A stretch of 64,000 nt of DNA from positions 431,164 through 495,163 of the forward strand of contig NZ_JAQIJA010000005.1 in the NCBI RefSeq assembly GCF_036946485.1, read 5' to 3'. Of this stretch, positions 9,841-18,788 are shown piece by piece. The number at the start of each line of letters is the position of its first letter. The stretch's first letter is position 1. The notes beneath the pieces are model-generated. The model worked only from the letters and a program-made list of their open reading frames with translations, ran no database searches and had not been told where the DNA came from. The position numbers were made by a program, and so were the translations under genes. The stretch comes from Sphingomonas phyllosphaerae (GTDB taxonomy: Bacteria > Pseudomonadota > Alphaproteobacteria > Sphingomonadales > Sphingomonadaceae).

Positions 9841-10274
9841 CGGTTTTTCGCGCTCCTAGGCACAGCGACTACACCGGTGCGCCAGCACTGCTCGGCGCGC
9901 GAGCTTACAATGCCGACTGACTGGAGAGATGCTTTGCAACTCAAGGTGCCGCGCTCGCTGCCTTGGCTAAGCGGTCTGGCCAACGAATCGGTCACGTGTA
10001 TCAGACGGCGTAATCGGCGGCGTAGCCGCACTGAAACCGTCTAAAAGGCTAGCGCCGCATTGCTACCCGTTACGACCGCTGCTTTACGCAAAGTTTTTTT
10101 GAAGCCACGCTCGATGCTCCCGTATTTTGCTCACGACCGTAAATTTAGGTTCATAACCTAGTTGGTAGACAAAACGCGGGCAGCCTGCGCCAATAGTGCT
10201 GCGGCTGCATTGGCGGCTTGATTTTTCTATCAGCCGTCATTTGCTAAGCAAATAATTAAATAAGGAGGATCGTT

Positions 10275-10613
10275 TTGACCGATTTCGTCAAGATAATGAA
10301 AATATCGACCGCACTCTCGGTCGTGGCATTTTCAGCTTCTCCGTTCACCTCGAAAGCTGCTCAAGCGCAAAGCTTCATTGATGGACAGCGCTATGATAAC
10401 GAATGTCTATACAAGGTTGCGAAGCGCAATCCTGGTATCGATGACGCAAGCTACATTGTGCGGGTTCAGAGCGAATGTCCAATTTGGGTGGGGGCAGAGA
10501 ATCCTAGCCCTCCCCTTGCGCCACCAATTACGACAGTTGGGTCCCTCAACGGAATAGTTTGCACCAACTGCGTGAGTGTTCCGCCGTCACGCATCAAGTG
10601 GGTGGCTAGATAA
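10275..10613 (+). CDS. Small secreted 4-Cys protein of unknown function
   Basis: AAGGAGG lies 6 nt before TTG 10275 (alternative ATG 10296). Signal peptide MKISTALSVVAFSASPFTSKAAQA. AT-rich surroundings. Confidence 0.55.
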   Translation: MTDFVKIMKISTALSVVAFSASPFTSKAAQAQSFIDGQRYDNECLYKVAKRNPGIDDASYIVRVQSECPIWVGAENPSPPLAPPITTVGSLNGIVCTNCVSVPPSRIKWVAR

Positions 10614-11056
10614 AGGCAAAAGGAACCTGAGCTTGTGTCTAGCACGCTATTTAAGCTTTTAAGACCATAGCATTCAGGCAACTGCGCTATCATCTTCAAA
10701 GGGTCGCAGCTTAAGGCAAATTGCTATTGTTGCGGATGAGAGCGAATCTGACAACGGGCGGGGTATACCTCGCCCGTTGGTGTTCCAGCCCAGCAGCGAA
10801 CGCGGTTGGTGCCGCGTAGCCAAGCGAGAAATTCGGTCGCTCGGCGCCTTAGTTTTCGCCGCAGCGGGCGAAGATTGAGCGAGTTTGATCGGCGGCGAAC
10901 AACAGCGTCTTGTGCCCAAGCGACCGTTGAAGCTCTCGCCTCATCCGGCCTGCATAGGCTTGTCGGGCGCGACTTATTGCCACCCGACGCTATGATCTCC
11001 AGTTAGGCACTCACCGCGTTTCTGGTGAGTTCAGGATTTCGGGCGTTGGATCGGCA

Positions 11057-13330
11057 TCAAAAAGTTCTGCTCAGCCGAAGGGTTATGCTGCGGCCAAGCG
11101 GATCAAGGAAGGCCTTCTGGAACGCAACCGGGACCTGTCCGCTACCATCATTGACCCGCTGCCGCCGGTTGAAGACATTTTCGACGGAGAGCCAAAGCCG
11201 AAGCGTCTTTTCCGCGTTTTCACGTCCTGATCTTCCGATTCGAAAGTTGAATGACATCTCGCCATCGACCGTCCACAACGCGCCATATTGCACGCGATCT
11301 GGCGCGTCTGATGCCACAGCTGCGCTATCCGCGGCGGCGCGCCATCGTCCTCCAAGCTGAACGTTCAGCCGCTTGTACGACATCGCCAGATCGATTGTGA
11401 GGCGATGGCGGGTTGTTCCTTGCACGCCATCGAGCGGCGTAGCGAGCAGGTTGATTGGCTTGCCACCTGGCTCCACAACAAGGGTGTCACTCAGGATCCA
11501 CTCATGTGCAGCGCTTAAGTCCCACGTGCCATTCTCACCCGCTAAGGCTCCAGTCGCATGGAGGTTTGGCCGGAGCACGTTCCTGCGTTCCTCTTCGCCG
11601 TTGAAGGGGCGTGCGTCTATCGTAGTGAGCCGGCCAGCAGAATCCCTTGCAAACCGGGTTGGGAAAAGACGTTGAAACAGGAGGGTCGGGTAAGCAGATA
11701 CAATGAGCGGGCTTGCGACGTTCGACGCGAGATGTTCGATCGTCGCCGAAATTTGCACCCGCCTGATGGTGCTGTTCAACGTTAGGCGAAGCGACTGTTC
11801 GGACATCGTGCTAAACCGCAAGCCGGGCGCTCTGCCCGAGATTCGCGTTACAAGAATATATTCCCCCGTAAGTGCATCGGCAACGAGCACCCCAGGAGTG
11901 ACAATTGTAGGCTCTTGGCTGTTGCCGAGCGGCGGCCGCGTTTTTGTCACGGCACGGCCCGCGTTGAACGAAACCCATGCAGCAGGTTGCCACAAAAACG
12001 TAAGGTCGTAGCCTGGTAATCCACCTACACCGCTGACGTGCTCGTAGTCTCCATTCACAGTTAATGCTGTTCGCCCTATGATGCTCCGCGTAGAATTGGT
12101 AAGGGGAATGTCTACGCCAATATGATGTTGAGACCGTGACTGGTCAGAATCACCGGTTCCAACGTCTTTTGTCCCCGAAGATGCGCGCAGCCGTTGCGTC
12201 GTACCCGACAGTCGGAAATTCCCGGTGATCTGGCCAGCGGGCAGTGAGACAAGAGCCGCATTGCCAGACAATCCCGCAGTCAGGTTGGTGAAAGAACTTC
12301 TTATATTCAGCGGCTCCAACAGGATTGGTAAAGAATGGACTACTGCCGAATCTACAACATCAACAATACGTTCGGAGACAAGGCTGGCGTTGCGCCTTTC
12401 TAAGATGTTTGCCCCCAGTTCCAGTGCCCACGACGCCCGACCGAGATTGCCGTATACTGTTGCGCCGAACTGATAGGATTGATTGCGGCTCTCGTCGATG
12501 ATTCCGCGAACCTTCGATGCTTCGCCGGCGCTGACAGCCTTGCCATCGTAGCGAAAAAATCGCGTGGTCTGGCGTGAGGTAACGACGCTGGCAGAACCGG
12601 ACAAACTGGTGCTGATCGATCCGATTGGGACGGTCATGCCGCCGGTCAGCGTCACCGATCGACTCGAAGGAAGCAAGCTTCGATAGTTCAGGAGGGGGTC
12701 TCGTTGACCTGTCGAGAAAAGGCTTTGCCGGTTGGCTGCGATCAACGCGTCGGTGTTCTGGATCGACAAAGCGGCGTTGAAGCGCTGCTCCTTAATGATT
12801 TTAGCTGACCGCAAGGCTGCCGATGCACTTGTCGCGCTACCTTCTGTCGGCTGCTTAATTCTCGTCTCACCCGAAGCGGACACGAACTTTGGCTTGAACG
12901 TCAGGTTAAGCACATCATTTTGAGGCGTTAATCCGTATGCACCCGCTTGCGCGCGATCAAGGATGTCAACCTGTTGAAGCGCTTCAGACGGCAACTCATT
13001 TATGTCTGAGATGTTTGTTAACCGGCGACCATTCACCACGATCGAGAAAGGCCGCCCGCCTAGGCGACGCTCCAACTTATTAATAATTTCCCCGACGGTA
13101 GAGGCGTTTAAACTGTTGATGCTGTGGGTGTCATAGGAATCTTTAGGGCGGCGGGGCGGCTTCTCACGGCGCCCAGTCACGACGATCTCATCACGCGACG
13201 AGCCATTAACCTGGAGGGCGTCAGCATCGCCGGTCCAAGGCGTCAGGGCGATTAGGAGGAACGATCCCTTCCGGAGCAAAGCCTCAGCCTTCCGACAACG
13301 TCCGTGCGCCATTATGTTACTGAGGTGCAC
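11057..13330 (-). CDS. TonB-dependent-receptor-like outer-membrane beta-barrel protein
   Basis: 757-aa ORF. N-terminal DEIVVTGRRE box and plug-like segment (FSIVVNGRRLTNISDINELPSEALQQVDIL). Alternating beta-strand pattern. C-terminal ...GRSITLRLSRTF ends in Phe. Lower G+C than the host genes. Confidence 0.7.
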   Translation of the reverse strand: MHLSNIMAHGRCRKAEALLRKGSFLLIALTPWTGDADALQVNGSSRDEIVVTGRREKPPRRPKDSYDTHSINSLNASTVGEIINKLERRLGGRPFSIVVNGRRLTNISDINELPSEALQQVDILDRAQAGAYGLTPQNDVLNLTFKPKFVSASGETRIKQPTEGSATSASAALRSAKIIKEQRFNAALSIQNTDALIAANRQSLFSTGQRDPLLNYRSLLPSSRSVTLTGGMTVPIGSISTSLSGSASVVTSRQTTRFFRYDGKAVSAGEASKVRGIIDESRNQSYQFGATVYGNLGRASWALELGANILERRNASLVSERIVDVVDSAVVHSLPILLEPLNIRSSFTNLTAGLSGNAALVSLPAGQITGNFRLSGTTQRLRASSGTKDVGTGDSDQSRSQHHIGVDIPLTNSTRSIIGRTALTVNGDYEHVSGVGGLPGYDLTFLWQPAAWVSFNAGRAVTKTRPPLGNSQEPTIVTPGVLVADALTGEYILVTRISGRAPGLRFSTMSEQSLRLTLNSTIRRVQISATIEHLASNVASPLIVSAYPTLLFQRLFPTRFARDSAGRLTTIDARPFNGEEERRNVLRPNLHATGALAGENGTWDLSAAHEWILSDTLVVEPGGKPINLLATPLDGVQGTTRHRLTIDLAMSYKRLNVQLGGRWRAAADSAAVASDAPDRVQYGALWTVDGEMSFNFRIGRSGRENAEKTLRLWLSVENVFNRRQRVNDGSGQVPVAFQKAFLDPLGRSITLRLSRTF

Positions 13331-13625
13331 GCAACCGAGACCTTATTTCGGCGTCGGCGGGATAGCCGACTTAAAACATTTGGACGCCTTTGGCCGAAAG
13401 CTAGCGCGAGGGTGGCGTTTGCCATCGAACGGCTGCTTAGGGGTGCTTCAGACACAGAACTGGCATAGCACTTCCCACCGAAAGATCCTCGAAAATCAAA
13501 CGCTGTCGGGAAAGGCGGTGCCACGCTATGCCAGCTAACGCCACCGGTTCTCCCAAAAGCGGTGGCTCCACTTCTCACCAGTCAGCGACATTGCGGACGG
13601 CCGGCTTTGCCGGCAACCGGAGCGA

Positions 13626-13947
13626 ATGTCAGAAGCCCTTCAGATCGTTGCGACCGATGTCCTGTACTACCACGACGCGGATGAGCGAGCCTTCTTCGAG
13701 TGGCTTGATCAAATGGATTTCGTGAGTGGTTGCTACGGCGTTACTCGACATTTGTTCGTCGATGCAAGTCGGCTCCCGACTGAGGACGACCTCTGGAAAA
13801 ATCATCGCCTTCTGTCGATCGTACGAAATTGATTTCAAGCAGCTCGCAAAGTTCGGGACAGTAGAAAACAGCGCATGGTTGCGAGATCAAACGAAGGCTT
13901 GGTGCGCGTATATCTTTGGATATTGTTGCGGGGCAAATGGCAGCTAG
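13626..13947 (+). pseudogene. Small gene of unknown function split by a +1 frameshift in an A5 run
   Basis: ORFs 13626..13832 and 13726..13947 join into one reading frame (..RLPTEDDLWKIIAFCRSYEIDFKQLAKF..) if the run aaaaa at 13797-13801 is read as aaaa. Confidence 0.45.
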
Positions 13948-13970
13948 GGTTGTTCAAGAACTTATAAGAT

Positions 13971-15161
13971 TTAATGCCTCAACGCTTCATCGTAAGCCTC
14001 GGGAACCAACGCCGCTATTTCGCAAATAATTTCGCCGGTTGCTGCTAGCGCCAAGCCCAAGTTCGCCGGATCCGGTATGGCATAGATATCGCTGATCGAT
14101 GCCTTGACGTGTCCAAGCATCATTTCCCCCTGCCGCCAATTCGCCTCGCCAATGCGCTTTCGCACAAGCGTCGCCATCGAGCGACGGATTAGCTTGGCAC
14201 CAGCCTGCCCGCGGTCAGATGGTAATCCGATCGCGACCCGCATTTTCTCCCAAGAGGAACGCGGGGCCGCCGATAGGTAAGGACCAGTGAGCCCGTCCAG
14301 GAACGGCGCAAACTGCGGCGGGATCGGGATCGTGCCCCGGTACTTTCGCGTCTGCCGGCGTCCGGGTGGATTGAGGTTAAGCACCTGCGCGGCCGGAAGC
14401 CACTGGCCCGGCCCCAGATCGTAGATCTCTTCCGGACGCGCCCACGTCGCTACAGCGGCGCGCAGATAGGCGAGCAGCGTCGCGCGCTCCTTCAGCCGCT
14501 GCGCCTTCTCTTTGAGCGTCCCGCCAGGCTCAAGGCAGTACCGGAACATGGCAGCGAGCTCCGGCACACTGGCTCGGAATTGCGGTGAGGCGGCAACGGT
14601 TCTGGCTTGGACCGGCTTGAACTGCGCGACCTGCCCTGGCGTGTCATTGATCGCTGCGGCGAGCTGGAGGACGCAGCCTTCTACATGGCTGAGGCTGCGC
14701 TGCCTGGTCGTGCCCGTCTTTCCGATCGCGACCGGGCGCGCGGCGAGCCATGTTCGAAAGCGATCTATCCACTCGGGCGTGACCTGTGGGACGGTCACCG
14801 TCTGGGCGGTCGCGTCCAGGTAGTCGATGACGTGCCCAAGCCGGGAGCGTGTGGCCTTGTAGCCCGCCTTACCCTCGCTACGCAGGAGATAGTCGCTGAT
14901 TGCGATATCCAGCAGGGGTGCCGCCTCTCCTTCGTATACTCGCCCGCACGTTGGGCAATACCGATGCCCATTTGCCTCGTTGTAGCGGCGGTCGACTTCT
15001 AGGCGGGCCGCCCCGTCATCTGACGTGCCCGCACTCGTGCTGCGCTCGCGCTTTCGCTCGGCGTCATACCAGACGATCTCGAGGTTCGCGCGATCGGGAC
15101 GACGATAGAGCCGGAAGTCGCCGCGCTGGTAGATTGGTTTTCCGCGGCCCGAAGCGCGCAT
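13971..15161 (-). CDS. Tyrosine recombinase / phage integrase
   Basis: 396-aa ORF. N-terminus GKPIYQRGDFRLYRR..LEIVWYD is typical of alphaproteobacterial phage integrases. C-terminal catalytic box LIRRSMATLV...MLGHVKASISDIYA. Confidence 0.85.
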   Translation of the reverse strand: MRASGRGKPIYQRGDFRLYRRPDRANLEIVWYDAERKRERSTSAGTSDDGAARLEVDRRYNEANGHRYCPTCGRVYEGEAAPLLDIAISDYLLRSEGKAGYKATRSRLGHVIDYLDATAQTVTVPQVTPEWIDRFRTWLAARPVAIGKTGTTRQRSLSHVEGCVLQLAAAINDTPGQVAQFKPVQARTVAASPQFRASVPELAAMFRYCLEPGGTLKEKAQRLKERATLLAYLRAAVATWARPEEIYDLGPGQWLPAAQVLNLNPPGRRQTRKYRGTIPIPPQFAPFLDGLTGPYLSAAPRSSWEKMRVAIGLPSDRGQAGAKLIRRSMATLVRKRIGEANWRQGEMMLGHVKASISDIYAIPDPANLGLALAATGEIICEIAALVPEAYDEALRH

Positions 15162-15313
15162 AGTTCCTGCAACTCCTTGCTCGCTGCCTTTTGCAGCAGC
15201 GCGATCGCCCCCGTTGTCACGAGCAAGCGCATGTCGTCCTTGGTGAGCGCGGTGCCTCGCCCAGCCTCTGCCTTCTTGGTGAGGCGCCGTGTGAGATCGC
15301 CTATGGTCGCCAT
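14999..15313 (-). CDS. Small ORF upstream of int (possible excisionase/regulator); true 3-prime end uncertain
   Basis: ATG 15313 is preceded by GGGAGGGAGG. Begins MATIGDLTRRLTKKAEAGRGTALTKDDMRLLV. The frame stays open for about 160 nt into the integrase gene. Confidence 0.35.
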   Translation of the reverse strand: MATIGDLTRRLTKKAEAGRGTALTKDDMRLLVTTGAIALLQKAASKELQELCALRAAENQSTSAATSGSIVVPIARTSRSSGMTPSESASAARVRARQMTGRPA

Positions 15314-15353
15314 AAGAACCTCCCTCCCCCGTCGCGCGTCAACATCGCCGGCA

Positions 15354-15638
15354 TCACGCCGCCACCTTGTTCGCCGTTGGGGTGAGCGGGAAAGCGATGA
15401 TCCGCTCGTCACCATCGGGACCGCCGCCGTCGCGTGCCTTCCAGTCGCCGCAGAAGCGATCCTCGTGCGTCACCGGGAAAACCGATACGGGGAAGGTCTG
15501 CGCGGCCTGAACAACAGGAGCGTGGGCCTGACAGGTGCCTTCTTCGAAGGAGGCGCTCGGGTCTCGGCTGGCGTTCGCGAGCCGTGGCCCCATGCGCTGC
15601 CACCAGGTGCAGGTGGCGCAACGGCGGCAGTCGGTCAT
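15354..15638 (-). CDS. 4-Cys small protein, paralogue B (unknown function)
   Basis: 94-aa ORF. CRRC...GTCQ...VFPVTHEDRFCGDW. ATGA overlap with the upstream paralogue. Confidence 0.55.
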   Translation of the reverse strand: MTDCRRCATCTWWQRMGPRLANASRDPSASFEEGTCQAHAPVVQAAQTFPVSVFPVTHEDRFCGDWKARDGGGPDGDERIIAFPLTPTANKVAA

Positions 15639-15835
15639 AGTGGCACCCCGCCCTCGTACTCACCGCAAAGGTGAGCTTTGTGCACTGCCGGGAAGACGGA
15701 GGAGAGATAGGTCGCGCTGACCGGCCGCGGCGGGTAACGCCGGCAGATGCCGATCGTCACCTCGCCTTTGATCGGAGGCTTTCGCGCGTCGAGCTCCCCG
15801 GCGACGAAATGCTGACAGTTCGCACACGTGCTCAC
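15635..15835 (-). CDS. 4-Cys small protein, paralogue A (unknown function)
   Basis: 66-aa ORF. CANC...GICR...VFPAVHKAHLCGEY. GTGA overlap with the upstream gene. Confidence 0.55.
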   Translation of the reverse strand: MSTCANCQHFVAGELDARKPPIKGEVTIGICRRYPPRPVSATYLSSVFPAVHKAHLCGEYEGGVPL

Positions 15836-16290
15836 TTGACCGTCTCCAGCGCGGTGCCAGCCAGCGTCCCCACGCTTACGAGTGCGATGGACCGGCCAAC
15901 GAGGCGTTTTGCCCGATCCTCGTCGATGGTGCTTCCCTCCGCGGAAAGCTGCGTCGCAAGTACCATCTGTACGAGAAGATCTTCTTGCGAAGTCGCTGGC
16001 GTATCGAGGACAAGAAGCTCGAGTTCGCTGAGCCGCGACAGGGCTTGGTCATGCTCCTCTTCCGACATCGAACCCGGCGCGTTGCACAGCACCATCAAGT
16101 CGTTGCGCTCCTGAAACCACAGAGCGTGTCCATCCTTCACGGTTCTCGCGGCTCGGAAAGCAGCCGTTATCTGCCCACCGATTGCTGGCGAAAGGGCGAG
16201 CAGCTTCTTAGGCGAGGCTCGCCAAGCTGAAGCGGCAAGTTCGTCGAGCGCTTGCACGAGAGGAGAGAAGGAACGCAGCGCCGAAGTCAC
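15832..16290 (-). CDS. Hypothetical protein (first gene of the int-proximal operon)
   Basis: 152-aa ORF on the same strand as int, translationally coupled to the next gene. No recognisable domain. Confidence 0.5.
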   Translation of the reverse strand: MTSALRSFSPLVQALDELAASAWRASPKKLLALSPAIGGQITAAFRAARTVKDGHALWFQERNDLMVLCNAPGSMSEEEHDQALSRLSELELLVLDTPATSQEDLLVQMVLATQLSAEGSTIDEDRAKRLVGRSIALVSVGTLAGTALETVK

Positions 16291-16352
16291 TCCAACGGCG
16301 AGGTGCGCAAGGATCGTGTCGCTAGCCTGCCCATCGGCGAGAGCGCCGAACG

Positions 16353-18788
16353 ATGAGGTGTCTACCGCCTCAATCGTCAGAAGGTCGTTTTGGTATAGAC
16401 CGTCCTGAACGTTCTCGCACGGCGTCGCGGCAATACGACCTCGTGCAGGATCCGACGCAGGCGCGCCAACTGGCTGCCTACGAGCTTCTCGACCGGCGCG
16501 AGCTTGGCGAGATCGAGCTGCCCTGCAAGCCGCGGATGCGCCGATATGGCCCAGGCGACCTGCTGAACATCGACCTCCCCGCGCTTGGCCTAGTGAACCA
16601 GCCGGCCGTCGTGCTTCGCCGTTCGCTCGACCCTGCCACGATGGGGGTCACGCTCGTGATGCGTGGCGAGACTTTGGCCAAGCACGAGTTCGCGCTGGGG
16701 CGCACCGGCACCCCGCCGCCTACTCCGTCGTTGGTGACGACCGGCACGCGCGATGAAGCGGCGTTCCCGGTCACGCTGGTCGACATGGGGCCGTGGGATC
16801 TGGCGACGACGTATCGCGAAGGACACGTCGTCCAAGATCAGGGCTCAAGCTGGGTCTACATCAACACGACGCCGAGCGCGGGCAATCCGCCGCCATCGCT
16901 GCCGGCGGTGAGCAATGCCTACTGGCGGGTGCTGGCGAAGGCAGGTGAGGACGGCAAGGACGGCGTTGACGCCTTGCCGGGCACACCGGGCAAGGATGGG
17001 CAGACCTGGTACCCGTACTATGCCTATGCCAACTCACCGGACGGTACTGTAGATTTCACGACCGGAGCGCCTGGCGGCCGAGCATACGTCGGCTTCGCGA
17101 CCGGTACTTCGGCAGCCGAGCCCAGCATTCCGGGGGTTTATGCTTGGTCCGAATACAAGGGCCCCCCATTCGGCATCGCTACGCGCGGGGCTGCGGTGTC
17201 CGCTGGGCGCCAGTTGATCAAGAATGGTGGCGCCAATGAATGGGACAGCGATGCTTATTCTACCATCGGGTTTCGTGGCGGCGCCGTCGCATCTTTTAAA
17301 GCTGGACAGACTAATGGATCGATAATGGCGGGACTAAACACCGACCCCACAACGGATTCTTCATACACGAGCCTAGATTACGCGTGGTACATCCGCGATA
17401 ACGGAAAATCCTCTATTTGGGAAAACGGCGAAGCGCGCGCTGATTTTGGCTACTATTCAACCGATACACAGTATCAGGTTTCCTATGACGGAACTTCGGT
17501 GGCCTACTATTTAGATGGCATAGAAGCGAGGCGCATAAATCACGGCGCTAATGCGCTTTTCTATTTTGACAGCAGCTTTTCCACGCCTGACGGGCGGCTA
17601 TACGATATCGATTTCGTAGCTCGTGGGAGCAATGGGCGCGACGGTCTTGATGGTACAGACGGTATCGACGGCACAAACGGCCAAACCATCCACATCGCCT
17701 ATGCCGATAGTTCAGACGGCACGGTCAACTTCACGACCGGCGCGGCCGGCGGCCGCACATATATCGGCGTCTACACGGACACGAACCCAGGCGCAGACAG
17801 CACCAACCCAGCATCGTACGGTTGGACACGGCTGCGCGGTATCGATGGCACTAACGGCTTGGCTGGCCCAGGGGGCTACGTCCACATCGCCTATGCCGAT
17901 AGTGCAGACGGCGCGGTCAACTTCCACCTGAGCGATCCCACTGGCCGACGCTACCTCGGAACCTATACTGACCAGACTGAACCTGACAGCACCGACCCAT
18001 CGCGCTACGCTTGGTCGCTGGTGAGGGGCGCTGACGGCAGCGACGGCGTCTCGCCGATCGCAGTGACCTTGCAGCCCAACGCGGTAACGTTCCAGGCGTA
18101 CGCCAATGGCTCTCCGTATGCTGGCCAATTCCCCTACAATGTCGGGGTGTCTGCGACGCGTGCGGGAACGATCGTTCCGGTTACGTCGGTGGCGATTGTC
18201 TCGACGAACGGCATGACGGTCGCGACCGGGCCGCTCCGGATCACCAGCATGACATCGTCGGATGGCTATGCGGTGCTTGATGTCACCGCAGCTGGACAGA
18301 CCGTGCGCGTGCAGCTGGGTGCGTCGATCGTGCGCGAGGGGTCAGATGGCAGCGTGGCTACGCGGCTGGCGATCAACTCGCCGCAGCTGACCTGGACCGA
18401 CTTCACCCAGCACGGCAACGCGATCGGCATCAACGCTTCGCCATCGGGCAAGCTGACGGTGAACCTGAGCGGTCAGATGACAGGTGATCCAGCCGCTGAT
18501 TACGTCCTGCGGTTCGTGTCCAAGGTTCAATACCGTCCGGCCGGGGGCAGCTGGATTGATGTGCCCGGCTCCCAGGTGACCAGCACCGAGGGCGGCATCA
18601 GCACGATCGGCGACGGCGCCGGCGGCGGGACGCGGATTGTCCGCGCGAACGTTAATGGCACCGGGCCTTACGCCATCACCGGGCTGACAGCCGACGGCTC
18701 GTACGAGGTTCGCGCCATGACTTACCGGCTGACCCAGTTCGGCTCGAGCGCAGTCGGCTTGAGCCTCTATGCGGAGCGCACGGCGTGA
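16353..18788 (+). CDS. Phage tail-tip / host-specificity protein, 5-prime truncated, with collagen-like repeats
   Basis: 811-aa ORF. It opens in the middle of a lambda-J/GTA-g15-like region (QYDLVQDPTQARQLAAYELLDRRELGEIELPCKP..GDLLNIDLP). CBM5/12-like YREGHVVQDQGSSWVYINTTPSAGNPP..YWRVLA. G-X-Y runs GEDGKDG, GSNGRDGLDGTDGIDGTNGQ, GIDGTNGLAGPGG, GADGSDG. Confidence 0.75.
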   Translation: MRCLPPQSSEGRFGIDRPERSRTASRQYDLVQDPTQARQLAAYELLDRRELGEIELPCKPRMRRYGPGDLLNIDLPALGLVNQPAVVLRRSLDPATMGVTLVMRGETLAKHEFALGRTGTPPPTPSLVTTGTRDEAAFPVTLVDMGPWDLATTYREGHVVQDQGSSWVYINTTPSAGNPPPSLPAVSNAYWRVLAKAGEDGKDGVDALPGTPGKDGQTWYPYYAYANSPDGTVDFTTGAPGGRAYVGFATGTSAAEPSIPGVYAWSEYKGPPFGIATRGAAVSAGRQLIKNGGANEWDSDAYSTIGFRGGAVASFKAGQTNGSIMAGLNTDPTTDSSYTSLDYAWYIRDNGKSSIWENGEARADFGYYSTDTQYQVSYDGTSVAYYLDGIEARRINHGANALFYFDSSFSTPDGRLYDIDFVARGSNGRDGLDGTDGIDGTNGQTIHIAYADSSDGTVNFTTGAAGGRTYIGVYTDTNPGADSTNPASYGWTRLRGIDGTNGLAGPGGYVHIAYADSADGAVNFHLSDPTGRRYLGTYTDQTEPDSTDPSRYAWSLVRGADGSDGVSPIAVTLQPNAVTFQAYANGSPYAGQFPYNVGVSATRAGTIVPVTSVAIVSTNGMTVATGPLRITSMTSSDGYAVLDVTAAGQTVRVQLGASIVREGSDGSVATRLAINSPQLTWTDFTQHGNAIGINASPSGKLTVNLSGQMTGDPAADYVLRFVSKVQYRPAGGSWIDVPGSQVTSTEGGISTIGDGAGGGTRIVRANVNGTGPYAITGLTADGSYEVRAMTYRLTQFGSSAVGLSLYAERTA

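Noticed and set aside
8705-13970. An internal third att copy that would split the island into two tandem elements
   Set aside because: I looked for the ggttcgattcc core and for tRNA-like fragments near the IS remnant and just downstream of the integrase stop, and found none. The composite structure is instead attributed to secondary insertion.
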